Position numbers and translations under genes: made by a program. Source: Balanoglossus misakiensis (lineage: Eukaryota > Animalia > Hemichordata). Taken from it: a stretch of DNA of 64,000 nucleotides. Positions within the stretch are counted from its first letter, which is position 1, and each line of letters opens with the position of its first letter. Location: the NCBI GenBank assembly GCA_040954595.2, contig CM082579.2, positions 14,794,550-14,858,549 on the forward strand, written 5' to 3'. Positions 25,801 through 41,600 of this stretch are shown here, in pieces. The notes beneath the pieces were generated by a model. It was not told the origin of the DNA. It did not search any database and saw nothing but the letters and a program-made list of their open reading frames with translations.

Positions 25801-27129
25801 GGGAAAATCATGAAAAAATGACAAATTTTCCTCTTTGCAAAATCTTAAAATTTCGTCGATTTTTGAAAAAAAATCATGGGTGAAAATCATCAAAAAATGA
25901 CAAATTTTCGTCTTTGCAAAATCTCAAATTTTCGTCGATTTTTGAAAAAAAAATCATGGTTGAAAATCATCAAAAAATGACAAAATTTTCGACTTTGTAA
26001 AATCACAAAATTTCGTCGATTTTGAAAAAAATCATAGGTTCGTCGATTTTTTAAAAAAAAAACATGGGTGAAAATCATCAAAAAATGACAAATTTTGAAA
26101 AAAAACGGGTGAAAATCATCAAAAAATGACACATTTACGACTTTGCAAAATCTCAAAATTTCGTCGATTTTTGAAAAAAAATCATGGGTGAAAATCATCA
26201 AAAAATGAAAATTTTTCGTCTTTGCAAAATCTCAAAATTTCGTCCATTTTTGAAAAAAAAATCATGGGTAAAAATCATCAAAAATGACAAATTTTCGTCT
26301 TTGCAAAATCTCAAAATTTCGTCGATTTTTGAAGAAAATCATGGGTGAAAATCATCAAAAAATGACAAATTTTCGACTTTGCAAAATCTCAAAATTTTTT
26401 CGATTTTTGAAAAAAGACGGGTGAAAATCATCAAAAAATGACACATTTTCGTCGACTTTGCAAAATCTCAAAATTTCGTCGATTTTTGAAAAAAATCATG
26501 GGGGAAAATCATGAAAAAATGACAAATTTTCCTCTTTGCAAAATCTCAAAATTTCGTCGATTTTTAAAAAAAGACATGGGTGAAAATCATCAAAAAATAA
26601 CAAATTTTCGACTTTGCAAAATCTCAAAATTTCGTCCATTTTTGAAAAAAAATCATGGGTAAAAATCATCAAAAAATGACAAATTTTGAAAAGAAAACGG
26701 GTGAAAATCATCAAAAAATGACACATTTTCGACTTTGCAAAATCTCAAAATTTCGTCGATTTTTGAAAAAAAATCATGGGTGAAAATCATCAAAAAATGA
26801 CAAATATTCGTCTTTGCAAAATCTCAAAATTTCGTCCATTTCTGAAACAAAATTATGGGTAAAAATCATCAAAAATGACAAATTTTCATCTTTGCAAAAT
26901 CTCAAAATTTCGTCGAGTTTTGAAAAAAATCATGGGGGAAAATCATGAAAAAATGACAAATTTTCCTCTTTGCAAAATCTCAAAATTTCGTCGATTTTTA
27001 AAAAAAGACATGGATGAAAATCATCAAAAAATAACAAATTTTCGACTTTGCAAAATCTCAAAATTTCGTCCATTTTTGAAAAAAAATCATGGGTAAAAAT
27101 CATCAAAAAATGACAAATTTTGAAAAAAA

Positions 27130-28440
27130 AACGGGTGAAAATCATCAAAAAATGACACATTTTCGACTTTGCAAAATCTCAAAATTTCGTCGATTTTTGA
27201 AAAAAAATCATGGGTGAAAATCATCAAAAAATGACAAATTTTCGTCTTTGCAAAATCTCAAATTTTGTCCATTTCTGAAAAAAAATTATGGGTAAAAATC
27301 ATCAAAAATGACAAATTTTCATCTTTGCAAAATCTCAAATTTTCGTCGATTTTTGAAAAAAATCATGGTTGAATATCATCAAAAAATGACAAATTTTTCG
27401 ACTCTGCAAAATCTCAAAATTTCGTCGATTTTTGAAAAAAATCATGGGGGAAAATCATGAAAAAATGACAAATTTTCCTCTTTGCAAAATCTTAAAATTT
27501 CGTCGATTTTTGAAAAAAAAATCATGGGTGAAAATTATCAAAAAATGACAAATTTTCGTCTTTGCAAAATCTCAAATTTTCGTCGATTTTTGAAAAAAAA
27601 TCATGGTTGAAAATCATCAAAAAATGACAAAATTTTCGACTTTGTAAAATCACAAAATTTCGTCGATTTTGAAAAAAATCATAGGTTCGTCGATTTTTGT
27701 AAAAAAAAACATGGGTGAAAATCATCAAAAAATGACAAATTTTGAAAAAAAAACGGGTGAAAATCATCAAAAAATGACACATTTTCGACTTTGCAAAATC
27801 TCAAAATTTCGTCGATTTTTGAAAAAAAATCATGGGTGAAAATCATCAAAAAATGACAAATTTTCGTCTTGGCAAAATCTCAAATTTTGTCCATTTCTGA
27901 AAAAAAATTATGGGTAAAAATCATCAAAAATGACAAATTTTCATCTTTGCAAAATCTCAAATTTTCGTCGATTTTTGAAAAAAATCATGGTTGAATATCA
28001 TCAAAAAATGACAAAATTTTCGACTCTGCAAAATCTCAAAATTTCGTCGATTTTTGAAAAAAATCATGGGGGAAAATCATGAAAAAATGACAAATTTTCC
28101 TCTTTGCAAAATCTTAAAAATTTCGTCGATTTTTGAAAAAAAATCATGGGTGAAAATTATCAAAAAATGACAAATTTTCGTCTTTGCAAAATCTCAAATT
28201 TTCGTCGATTTTTGAAAAAAAATCATGGTTGAAAATCATCAAAAAATGACAAAATTTTCGACTTTGTAAAATCACAAAATTTCGTCGATTTTGAAAAAAA
28301 TCATAGGTTCGTCGATTTTTGTAAAAAAAAACATGGGTGAAAATCATCAAAAAATGACAAATTTTGAAAAAAAAACGGGTGAAAATCATCAAAAAATGAC
28401 ACATTTTCGACTTTGCAAAATCTCAAAATTTCGTCGATTT
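27130..28440 (+). repeat. ~622-bp tandem duplication within the satellite
   Basis: Identical ORFs at 27522 and 28144 (offset 622). Shared rare variants GAATATCATC, CGACTCTGC (27402/28024), AAATTATCA and TTTTTGTAAAA. Confidence 0.85.
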
Positions 28441-29059
28441 TTGAAAAAATAACGGGTGAAAATCATCAAAAAATGACAAATTTTGAAAAAAAAACGGGTG
28501 AAAATCATCAAAAAATGACACATTTTCGACTTTGTAAAATCACAAAATTTCGTCGATTTTGAAAAAAATCATAGGTTCGTCGATTTTTTTAAAAAAAACA
28601 TGGGTGAAAATCATCAAAAAATGACAAATTTTGAAAAAAAAACGGGTGAAAATCATCAAAAAATGACACATTTACGACTTTGCAAAATCTCAAAATTTTT
28701 TCGATTTTTGAAAAAAGACATGGGTGAAAATCATCAAAAAATGACAAATTTTCGACTTTGCAAAATCTCAAAATTTCGTAGATTTTTGAAAAAAAACATG
28801 GGTAAAAATCATCAAAAAATGACAAATTTTCGACTTTGCAAAATCTCAAAATTTCGTCAATTTTGAATAAAAATCATGGGTGAAAATCATCAAAAAATGA
28901 CAAATTTTCGACTTTGCAAAATCTCACAATTTCGTCGATTTTTGAAAAAAAATCATGGGTGAAAATGAATCAAAAAATGAGAAATTTTCGACTTTGCAAA
29001 ATCTCAAAATTTCGTCAATTTTGAAAAAAAATCATGGGTGAAAATCATCAAAAAATGAC

Positions 29060-32000
29060 AAATTTTCGACTTTGCAAAATCTCAAAATTTCGTCGATTTT
29101 TGAAAAAAATCATGGGTGAAAAATCATCAAAAAAATGACAAATTTTCGACTTTGCAAAATCTCAAAATTTTGTTGATTTTTGAAAAAAATCATAGGTGAA
29201 AATCATCAAAAAATGACAAATTTTCGACTTTGCAAAATCTCAAAATTTCGTCGATTTTTGAAGAAAATCATGGGTGAAAATCATCAAAAAATGACAAATT
29301 TTCGACTTTGCAAAATCTCAAAATTTTTTCGATTGTTGAAAAAAATCATCGGTGAAAATCATCAAAAAATGACAAATTTTCGACTTTGCAAAATCTCAAA
29401 ATTTCGTCGATTTTTGAAAAAAATCATGGGTGAAAATCATCAAAAAAATGACAAATTTTCGACGTTGCAAAATCTCAAAATTTTGTTGATTTTTGACAAA
29501 AATCATAGGTGAAAATCATCAAAAAATGACAAATTTTCGACTTTGCAAAATCTCAAAATTTCGTCGATTTTTGAAGAAAATCATGGGTGAAAATCATCAA
29601 AAAATGACAAATTTTCGACTTTGCAAAATCTCAAAATTTTTTCGATTTTTGAAAAATATCATGGGTGAAAATCATCAAAAAATGACAAATTTTGAAAAAA
29701 AAACGGGTGAAAATGATCAAAAAATGACACATTTACGACTTTGCAAAATCTCAAAATTTCGTCGATTTTTGAAAAAAAATCATGGGTGAAAATCATCAAA
29801 AAATGAAAATTTTTCGTCTGTGCAAAATCTCAAAATTTCGTCCATTTTTGAAAAAAAAATCATGGGTAAAAATCATCAAAAATGACAAATTTTCGTCTTT
29901 GCAAAATCTCAAAATTTCGTCGAGTTTTGAAAAAAACATGGGGGAAAATCATGAAAAAATGACAAATTTTCCTCTTTGCAAAATCTCAAAATTTCGTCGA
30001 TTTTTAAAAAAAGACATGGATGAAAATCATCAAAAAATAACAAATTTTCGACTTTGCAAAATCTCAAAATTTCGTCCATTTTTGAAAAAAAATCATGGGT
30101 AAAAATCATCAAAAAATGACAAATTTTGAAAAAAAAACGGGTGAAAATCATCAAAAAATGACACATTTTCGACTTTGCAAAATCTCAAAATTTCGTCGAT
30201 TTTTGAAAAAAAATCATGGGTGAAAATCATCAAAAAATGACAAATTTTCGTCTTTGCAAAATCTCAAATTTTCGTCGATTTTTGAAAAAAATCATGGGGG
30301 AAAATCATGAAAAAATGACAAACTTTCCTCTTTGCAAAATCTTTAAATTTCGTCGATTTTTGAAAAAAAATCATGGGTGAAAATCATCAAAAAATGACAA
30401 ATTTTGAAAAAAAAACGGGTGAAAATCATCAAAAAATGACACATTTTCGACTCTGCAAAATCTCAAAATTTCGTCGATTTTTGAAAAAAATCATGGGGGA
30501 AAATCATGAAAAAATGACAAATTTTCCTCTTTGCAAAATCTTAAAATTTCGTCGATTTTTGAAAAAAAATCATGGGTGAAAATCATCAAAAAATGACAAA
30601 TTTTCGTCTTTGCAAAATCTCAAATTTTCGTCGATTTTTGAAAAAAAATCATGGTTGAAAATCATCAAAAAATGACAAAATTTTCGACTTTGTAAAATCA
30701 CAAAATTTCGTCGATTTTGAAAAAAATCATAGGTTCGTCGATTTTTTAAAAAAAAACATGGGTGAAAATCATCAAAAAATGACAAATTTTGAAAAAAAAA
30801 CGGGTGAAAATCATCAAAAAATGACACATTTTCGACTTTGCAAAATCTCAAAATTTCGTCGATTTTTGAAAAAAAAACGGGTGAAAATCATCAAAAAATG
30901 ACACATTTTCGACTTTGTAAAATCACAAAATTTCGTCGATTTTGAAAAAAATCATAGGTTCGTCGATTTTTTTAAAAAAAACATGGGTGAAAATCATCAA
31001 AAAATGACAAATTTTGAAAAAAAAAACGGGTGAAAATCATCAAAAAATGACACATTTTCGACTTTGCAAAATCTCAAAATTTCGTCGATTTTTGAAAAAA
31101 TAACGGGTGAAAATCATCAAAAAATGACAAATTTTGAAAAAAAAACGGGTGAAAATCATCAAAAAATGACACATTTTCGACTTTGTAAAATCACAAAATT
31201 TCGTCGATTTTGAAAAAAATCATAGGTTCGTCGATTTTTTTAAAAAAAACATGGGTGAAAATCATCAAAAAATGACAAATTTTGAAAAAAAAACGGGTGA
31301 AAATCATCAAAAAATGACACATTTACGACTTTGCAAAATCTCAAAATTTCGTCGATTTTTGAAAAGAAATCATGGGTGAAAATCATCAAAAAATGAAAAT
31401 TTTTCGACTTTGTAAAATCACAAAATTTCGTCGATTTTTGAAGAAAATCATGGGTGAAAATCATCAAAAAATGACAAATTTTCGACTTTGCAAAATCTCA
31501 AAATTTTTTCGATTTTTGAAAAATATCATGGGTGAAAATCATCAAAAAATGACAAATTTTGAAAAAAAAACGGGTGAAAATGATCAAAAAATGACACATT
31601 TACGACTTTGCAAAATCTCAAAATTTCGTCGATTTTTGAAAAAAAATCATGGGTGAAAATCATCAAAAAATGAAAATTTTTCGTCTGTGCAAAATCTCAA
31701 AATTTCGTCCATTTTTGAAAAAAAAATCATGGGTAAAAATCATCAAAAATGACAAATTTTCGTCTTTGCAAAATCTCAAAATTTCGTCGAGTTTTGAAAA
31801 AAACATGGGGGAAAATCATGAAAAAATGACAAATTTTCGACTTTGCAAAATCTCAAAATTTCGTCGATTTTTGAAAAAAATCATGGGTGAAAAATCATCA
31901 AAAAAATGACAAATTTTCGACTTTGCAAAATCTCAAAATTTTGTTGATTTTTGAAAAAAATCATAGGTGAAAATCATCAAAAAATGACAAATTTTCGACT

Positions 32001-33670
32001 TTGCAAAATCTCAAAATTTCGTCGATTTTTGAAGAAAATCATGGGTGAAAATCATCAAAAAATGACAAATTTTCGACTTTGCAAAATCTCAAAATTTTTT
32101 CGATTGTTGAAAAAAATCATCGGTGAAAATCATCAAAAAATGACAAATTTTCGACTTTGCAAAATCTCAAAATTTCGTCGATTTTTGAAAAAAATCATGG
32201 GTGAAAATCATCAAAAAAATGACAAATTTTCGACGTTGCAAAATCTCAAAATTTTGTTGATTTTTGACAAAAATCATAGGTGAAAATCATCAAAAAATGA
32301 CAAATTTTCGACTTTGCAAAATCTCAAAATTTCGTCGATTTTTGAAGAAAATCATGGGTGAAAATCATCAAAAAATGACAAATTTTCGACTTTGCAAAAT
32401 CTCAAAATTTTTTCGATTTTTGAAAAATATCATGGGTGAAAATCATCAAAAAATGACAAATTTTGAAAAAAAAACGGGTGAAAATGATCAAAAAATGACA
32501 CATTTACGACTTTGCAAAATCTCAAAATTTCGTCGATTTTTGAAAAAAAATCATGGGTGAAAATCATCAAAAAATGAAAATTTTTCGTCTGTGCAAAATC
32601 TCAAAATTTCGTCCATTTTTGAAAAAAAAATCATGGGTAAAAATCATCAAAAATGACAAATTTTCGTCTTTGCAAAATCTCAAAATTTCGTCGAGTTTTG
32701 AAAAAAACATGGGGGAAAATCATGAAAAAATGACAAATTTTCCTCTTTGCAAAATCTCAAAATTTCGTCGATTTTTTAAAAAAGACATGGATGAAAATCA
32801 TCAAAAAATAACAAATTTTCGACTTTGCAAAATCTCAAAATTTCGTCCATTTTTGAAAAAAAATCATGGGTAAAAATCATCAAAAAATGACAAATTTTGA
32901 AAAAAAAACGGGTGAAAATCATCAAAAAATGACACATTTTCGACTTTGCAAAATCTCAAAATTTCGTCGATTTTTGAAAAAAAATCATGGGTGAAAATCA
33001 TCAAAAAATGACAAATTTTCGTCTTTGCAAAATCTCAAATTTTCGTCGATTTTTGAAAAAAATCATGGGGGAAAATCATGAAAAAATGACAAACTTTCCT
33101 CTTTGCAAAATCTTTAAATTTCGTCGATTTTTGAAAAAAAATCATGGGTGAAAATCATCAAAAAATGACAAATTTTGAAAAAAAAACGGGTGAAAATCAT
33201 CAAAAAATGACACATTTTCGACTCTGCAAAATCTCAAAATTTCGTCGATTTTTGAAAAAAATCATGGGGGAAAATCATGAAAAAATGACAAATTTTCCTC
33301 TTTGCAAAATCTTAAAATTTCGTCGATTTTTGAAAAAAAATCATGGGTGAAAATCATCAAAAAATGACAAATTTTCGTCTTTGCAAAATCTCAAATTTTC
33401 GTCGATTTTTGAAAAAAAATCATGGTTGAAAATCATCAAAAAATGACAAAATTTTCGACTTTGTAAAATCACAAAATTTCGTCGATTTTGAAAAAAATCA
33501 TAGGTTCGTCGATTTTTTAAAAAAAAACATGGGTGAAAATCATCAAAAAATGACAAATTTTGAAAAAAAAACGGGTGAAAATCATCAAAAAATGACACAT
33601 TTTCGACTTTGCAAAATCTCAAAATTTCGTCGATTTTTGAAAAAAAAACGGGTGAAAATCATCAAAAAAT
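29060..33670 (+). repeat. Satellite block duplicated at a 2771-bp offset (~29060-30900 and ~31830-33670)
   Basis: ORF pairs 29180/31951, 29493/32264, 29782/32553, 30373/33144 and 30570/33341 all differ by 2771. Shared variants CGTCTGTGC and AAACTTTCCTC...TCTTTAAA. Confidence 0.9.
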
Positions 33671-36600
33671 GACAAATTTTGAAAAAAAAACGGGTGAAAA
33701 TCATCAAAAAATGACACATTTTCGACTTTGTAAAATCACAAAATTTCGTCGATTTTGAAAAAAATCATAGGTTCGTCGATTTTTTTAAAAAAAACATGGG
33801 TGAAAATCATCAAAAAATGACAAATTTTGAAAAAAAAACGGGTGAAAATCATCAAAAAATGACACATTTACGAGTTTGCAAAATCTCAAAATTTCGTCGA
33901 TTTTTTAAAAAAAATCATGGGTGAAAATCATCAAAAAATGAAAATTTTTCGTCTTTGCAAAATCTCAAAATTTCGTCCATTTTTGAAAAAAAAATCATGG
34001 GTAAAAATCATCAAAAATGACAAATTTTCGTCTTTGCAAAATCTCAAAATTTCGTCGATTTTTGAAGAAAATCATGGGTGAAAATCATCAAAAAATGACA
34101 AATTTTCGACTTTGCAAAATCTCAAAATTTTTTCGATTTTTGAAAAAAGACATGGGTGAAAATCATCAAAAAATGACAAATTTTCGACTTTGCAAAATCT
34201 CAAAATTTCGTAGATTTTTGAAAAAAAACATGGGTAAAAATCATCAAAAAATGACAAATTTTCGACTTTGCAAAATCTCAAAATTTCGTCAATTTTCAAT
34301 AAAAATCATGGGTGAAAATCATCAAAAAATGACAAATTTTCGACTTTGCAAAATCTCAAAATTTCGTCGATTTTTAAAAAAAGACATGGATGAAAATCAT
34401 CAAAAAATAACAAATTTTCGACTTTGCAAAATCTCAAAATTTCGTCCATTTTTGAAAAAAAATCATGGGTAAAAATCATCAAAAAATGACAAATTTTGAA
34501 AAAAAAACTGGTGAAAATCATCAAAAAATGACACATTTTCGACTTTGCAAAATCTCAAAATTTCGTCGATTTTTGAAAAAAAATCATGGGTGAAAATCAT
34601 CAAAAAATGACAAATTTTCGTCTTTGCAAAATCTCAAATTTTCGTCGATTTTTGAAAAAAATCTTGGTTGAATATCATCAAAAAATGACAAAATTTTCGA
34701 CTCTGCAAAATCTCAAAATTTCGTCGATTTTTGAAAAAAATCATGGGGGAAAATCATGAAAAAATGACAAATTTTCCTCTTTGCAAAATCTTAAAATTTC
34801 GTCGATTTTTGAAAAAAAATCATGGGTGAAAATCATCAAAAAATGACAAATTTTCGTCTTTGCAAAATCTCAAATTTTCGTCGATTTTTGAAAAAAAATC
34901 ATGGTTGAAAATCATCAAAAAATGACAAAATTTTCGACTTTGTAAAATCACAAAATTTCGTCGATTTTGAAAAAAATCATAGGTTCGTCGATTTTTTAAA
35001 AAAAAACATGGGTGAAAATCATCAAAAAATGACAAATTTTGAAAAAAAAACGGGTGAAAATCATCAAAAAATGACACATTTTCGACTTTGCAAAATCTCA
35101 AAATTTTTTCGATTGTTGAAAAAAATCATCGGTGAAAATCATCAAAAAATGACAAATTTTCGACTTTGCAAAATCTCAAAATTTCGTCGATTTTTGAAAA
35201 AAATCATGGGTGAAAATCATCAAAAAATGACAAATTTTCGACATTGCAAAATCTCAAAATTTTGTTGATTTTTGACAAAAATCATAGGTGAAAATCATCA
35301 AAAAATGACAAATTTTCGTCTTTGCAAAATCTCAAAATTTCGTCCATTTTTAAAAAAAATCATGGGGGAAATCATCAAAAAATGACAAATTTTCGATTTT
35401 GCAAAATCTCAAAATTTCGTCGATTTTTGAAAAAAAAACGGGTGAAAATCATAAAAAAATGACACATTTTCGTCGACTTTGCAAAATCTCAAAATTTCGT
35501 CGATTTTTGAAAAAAATCATGGGGGAAAATCATGAAAAAATGACAAATTTTCCTCTTTGCAAAATCTCAAAATTTCGTCGATTTTTAAAAAAAGACATGG
35601 GTGAAAATCATCAAAAAATGACAAATTTTGAAAAAAAAACGGGTGAAAATCATCAAAAAATGACACATTTTCGACTTTGCAAAATCTCAAAATTTCGTCG
35701 ATTTTTGAAAAAAAAACGGGTGAAAATCATCAAAAAATGACAAATTTTGAAAAAAAACGGGTGAAAATCATCAAAAAATGACACATTTTCGACTTTGTAA
35801 AATCTCAAAATTTCGTCGATTTTGAAAAAAAATCATAGGTTCGTCGATTTTTTAAAAAAAAACATGGGTGAAAATCATCAAAAAATGACAAATTTTGAAA
35901 AAAAAACGGGTGAAAATCATCAAAAAATGACACATTTACGACTTTGCAAAATCTCAAAATTTCGTCGATTTTTGAAAAAAAATCATGGGTGAAAATCATC
36001 AAAAAATGAAAATTTTTCGTCTTTGCAAAATCTCAAAATTTCGTCCATTTTTGAAAAAAAAATCATGGGTAAAAATCATCAAAAATGACAAATTTTCGTC
36101 TTTGCAAAATCTCAAAATTTCGTCGATTTTTGAAGAAAATCATGGGTGAAAATCATCAAAAAAATGACAAATTTTCGACTTTGCAAATTCTCAAAATTTT
36201 TTCGATTTTTGAAAAAGACATGGGTGAAAATCATCAAAAAATGACACATTTTCGTCGACTTTGCAAAATCCAAAATTTCGTAGATTTTTGAAAAAAATCA
36301 TGGGGGAAAATCATGAAAAAATGACAAATTTTCCTCTTTGCAAAATCTCAAAATTTCGTCGATTTTTAAAAAAAGACATGGGTGAAAATCATCAAAAAAT
36401 AACAAATTTTCGACTTTGCAAAATCTCAAAATTTCGTCCATTTTTGAAAAAAAATCATGGGTAAAAATCATCAAAAAATGACAAATTTTGAAAAGAAAAC
36501 GGGTGAAAATCATCAAAAAATGACACATTTTCGACTTTGCAAAATCTCAAAATTTCGTCGATTTTTGAAAAAAAATCATGGGTGAAAATCATCAAACAAT

Positions 36601-38689
36601 GACAAATATTCGTCTTTGCAAAATCTCAAAATTTCGTCCATTTCTGAAACAAAATTATGGGTAAAAATCATCAAAAATGACAAATTTTCATCTTTGCAAA
36701 ATCTCAAAATTTCGTCGAGTTTTGAAAAAAATCATGGGGGAAAATCATGAAAAAATGACAAATTTTCCTCTTTGCAAAATCTCAAAATTTCGTCTATTTT
36801 TACAAAAAGACATGGGTGAAAATCATCAAAAAATAACAAATTTTCGACTTTGCAAAATCTCAAAATTTCGTCCATTTTTGAAAAAAAATCATGGGTAAAA
36901 ATCATCAAAAAATGACAAATTTTGAAAAAAAAACGGGTGAAAATCATCAAAAAATGACAAATTTTCGTCTTTGCAAAATCTCAAATTTTGTCCATTTCTG
37001 AAAAAAAATTATGGGTAAAAATCATCAAAAATGACAAATTTTCGACTTTGCAAAATCTCACAATTTCGTCGATTTTTGAAAAAAAATCATGGGTGAAAAT
37101 CATCAAAAAATGACAAATTTTCGACTTTGCAAAATCTCACAATTTCGTCGATTTTTGAAAAAAAATCATGGGTGAAAATGCATCAAAAAATGAGAAATTT
37201 TCGACTTTGCAAAATCTCAAAATTTCGTCAATTTTGAAAAAAATCATGGGTGAAAATCATCAAAAAATGACAAATTTTCGACTTTGCAAAATCTCAAAAT
37301 TTCGTCGATTTTTGAAAAAAATCATGGTGAAAAATCATCAAAAAAATGACAAATTTTCGACTTTGCAAAATCTCAAAATTTTGTTGATTTTTGAAAAAAA
37401 TCATAGGTGAAAATCATCAAAAAATGACACATTTTCGACTTTGCAAAATCTCAAAATTTAGTCGATTTTTGAAGAAAATCATGGGTGAAAATCATCAAAA
37501 AATGACAAATTTTCGACTTTGCAAAATCTCAAAATTTTTTCGATTGTTGAAAAAAATCATCGGTGAAAATCATCAAAAAATGACAAATTTTCGACTTTGC
37601 AAAATCTCAAAATTTCGTCGATTTTTGAAAAAAATCATGGGTGAAAATCATCAAAAAAATGACAAATTTTCGACGTTGCAAAATCTCAAAATTTTGTTGA
37701 TTTTTGAAAAAAATCATAGGTGAAAATCATCAAAAAATGACAAATTTTCGACTTTGCAAAATCTCAAAATTTCGTCGAGTTTTAAAAAAAATCATGGGGG
37801 AAAATCATGAAAAAATGACAAATTTTCCTCTTTGCAAAATCTCAAAATTTCGTCGATTTTTAAAAAAAGACATGGGTGAAAATCATCAAAAAATAACAAA
37901 TTTTCGACTTTGCAAAATCTCAAAATTTCGTCCATTTTTGAAAAAAAATCATGGGTAAAAATCATCAAAAAATTACAAATTTTGAAAAAAAAACGGGTGA
38001 AAATCATCAAAAAATGACAAATTTTCGTCTTTGCAAAATCTCAAATTTTGTCCATTTCTGAAAAAAAATTATGGGTAAAAATCATCAAAAATGACAAATT
38101 TTCGACTTTGCAAAATCTCACAATTTCGTCGATTTTTGAAAAAAAATCATGGGTGAAAATCATCAAAAAATGAAAATTTTTCGTCTTTGCAAAATCTCAA
38201 AATTTCGTCCATTTTTGAAAAAAAAATCATGGGTAAAAATCATCAAAAATGACAAATTTTCGTCTTTGCAAAATCTCAAAATTTCGTCGATTTTTGAAGA
38301 AAATCATGGGTGAAAATCATCAAAAAATGACAAATTTTCGACTTTGCAAAATCTCAAAATTTCGTCGATTTTTGAAAAAAATCATGGGTGAAAATCATCA
38401 AAAAAATGACAAATTTTCGACGTTGCAAAATCTCAAATTTTGTTGAATTTTGAAAAAAATCATAGGTGAAAATCATCGAAAAATGACAAATTTTCGACTT
38501 TGCAAAATCTCAAATTTTTTTCGATTTTTGAAAAATATCATTGGTGAAAATCATCAAAAAATGACAAATTTTGAAAAAAAAACGGGTGAAAATCATCAAA
38601 AAATGACACATTTTCGACTTTGCAAAATCTCAAATTTTTTTCGATTGTTGAAAAAAATCATCGGTGAAAATCATCAAAAAATGACAAAT

Positions 38690-41600
38690 TTTCGACTTTG
38701 CAAAATCTCAAAATTTCGTCGATTTTTGAAAAAAATCATGGGTGAAAATCATCAAAAAAATGACAAATTTTCGACGTTGCAAAATCTCAAAATTTTGTTG
38801 ATTTTTGACAAAAATCATAGATGAAAATCATCAAAAAATGACAAATTTTCGACTTTGCAAAATCTCTAAATTTCGTCGATTTTTGAAGAAAATCATGGGT
38901 GAAAATCATCAAAAACTGACAAATGTTCGACTTTGCAAAATCTCAAATTTTTTTCGATTTTTGAAAAATATCATGGGTGAAAATCATCAAAAAATGACAA
39001 ATTTTGAAAAAAAAACGGGTGAAAATGATCAAAAAATGACACATTTACGACTTTGCAAAATCTCAAAATTTCGTCGATTTTTGAAAAAAAATCATGGGTG
39101 AAAATCATCAAAAAATGAATATTTTTCGTCTTTGCAAAATCTCAAAATATCGTCCATTAAAAAAAAAAAATCATGGGTAAAAATCATCAAAAATGACAAA
39201 TTTTCGTCTTTGCAAAATCTCAAAATTTCGTCCATTTTTAAAAAAAAATCATGGGGGAAAATCATCAAAAAATGACAAATTTTCGATTTTGCAAAATCTC
39301 AAAATTTCGTCGATTTTTGAAAAAAAACGGGTGAAAATCATCAAAAAATGACACATTTTCGTCGACTTTGCAAAATCTCAAAATTTCGTCGATTTTTGAA
39401 AAAAATCATGGGGGAAAATCATGAAAAAATGACAAATTTTCCTCTTTGCAAAATCTCAAAATTTCGTCGATTTTTAAAAAAAGACATGGGTGAAAATCAT
39501 CAAAAAATGACAAATTTTGAAAAAAAAACGGGTGAAAATCATCAAAAAATGACACATTTTCGACTTTGCAAAATCTCAAAATTTCGTCGATTTTTGAAAA
39601 AAAAACGGGTGAAAATCATCAAAAAATGACAAATTTTGAAAAAAAAACGGGTGAAAATCATCAAAAAATGACACATTTTCGACTTTGTAAAATCACAAAA
39701 TTTCGTCGATTTTGAAAAAAATCATAGGTTCGTCGATTTTTTTAAAAAAAACATAGGTGAAAATCATCAAAAAATGACAAATTTTGAAAAAAAAACGGGT
39801 GAAAATCATCAAAAAATGACACATTTTCGACTTTGCAAAATCTCAAAATTTCGTCGATTTTTGAAAAAAAAACGGGTGAAAATCATCAAAAAATGACAAA
39901 TTTTGAAAAAAAAACGGGTGAAAATCATCAAAAAATGACACATTTTCGACTTTGTAAAATCACAAAATTTCGTCGATTTTGAAAAAAATCATAGGTTCGT
40001 CGATTTTTAAAAAAAAACATTGGTGAAAATCATCAAAACATGACAAATTTTGAAAAAAAAACGGGTGAAAATCATCAAAAAATGACACATTTACGACTTT
40101 GCAAAATCTCAAAATTTCGTCGATTTTTGAAAAAAAATCATGGGGGAAAATCATCAAAAAATGAAAATTTTTCGTCTTTGCAAAATCTCAAAATTTCGTC
40201 CATTTTTGAAAAAAAAAATCATGGGTAAAAATCATCAAAAATGACAAATTTTCGTCTTTGCAAAATCTCAAAATTTCGTCGATTTTTGAAGAAAATCATG
40301 GGTGAAAATCATCAAAAAATAACAAATTTTCGACTTTGCAAAATCTCAAAATTTTTTCGATTTTTGAAAAAAAACATGGGTAAAAAGTATCAAAAAATGA
40401 CAAATTTTCGACTTTGCAAAATCTCAAAATTTCGTCGATTTTTGAAAAAAATCATGGGTGAAAATCATCAAAAAAATGACAAATTTTCGACGTTGCAAAA
40501 TCTCAAAATTTTGTTGATTTTTGACAAAAATCATAGGTGAAAATCATCAAAAAATGACAAATTTTCGACTTTGCAAAATCTCTAAATTTCGTCGATTTTT
40601 GAAGAAAATCATGGGTGAAAATCATCAAAAACTGACAAATGTTCGACTTTGCAAAATCTCAAAATTTTTTCGATTTTTGAAAAATATCATGGGTGAAAAT
40701 CATCAAAAAATGACAAATTTTGAAAAAAAAACGGGTGAAAATGATCAAAAAATGACACATTTACGACTTTGCAAAATCTCAAAATTTCGTCGATTTTTGA
40801 AAAAAAATCATGGGTGAAAATCATCAAAAAATGAATATTTTTCGTCTTTGCAAAATCTCAAAATTTCGTCCATTAAAAAAAAAAAATCATGGGTAAAAAT
40901 CATCAAAAATGACAAATTTTCGTCTTTGCAAAATCTCAAAATTTCGTCCATTTTTAAAAAAAAATCATGGGGGAAAATCATCAAAAAATGACAAATTTTC
41001 GATTTTGCAAAATCTCAAAATTTCGTCGATTTTTGAAAAAAAACGGGTGAAAATCATCAAAAAATGACACATTTTCGTCGACTTTGCAAAATCTCAAAAT
41101 TTCGTCGATTTTTGAAAAAAATCATGGGGGAAAATCATGAAAAAATGACAAATTTTCCTCTTTGCAAAATCTCAAAATTTCGTCGATTTTTAAAAAAAGA
41201 CATGGGTGAAAATCATCAAAAAATGACAAATTTTGAAAAAAAAACGGGTGAAAATCATCAAAAAATGACACATTTTCGACTTTGCAAAATCTCAAAATTT
41301 CGTCGATTTTTGAAAAAAAAACGGGTGAAAATCATCAAAAAATGACAAATTTTGAAAAAAAAACGGGTGAAAATCATCAAAAAATGACACATTTTCGACT
41401 TTGTAAAATCACAAAATTTCGTCGATTTTGAAAAAAATCATAGGTTCGTCGATTTTTTTAAAAAAAACATAGGTGAAAATCATCAAAAAATGACAAATTT
41501 TGAAAAAAAAACGGGTGAAAATCATCAAAAAATGACACATTTTCGACTTTGCAAAATCTCAAAATTTCGTCGATTTTTGAAAAAAAAACGGGTGAAAATC

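Noticed and set aside
30853-30882. CENP-B box-like TTCG...CGGG in variant monomers
   Set aside because: The spacing between TTCG and CGGG is much longer than in the 17-bp box (TTCGNNNNANNCGGG), so it is not a match.
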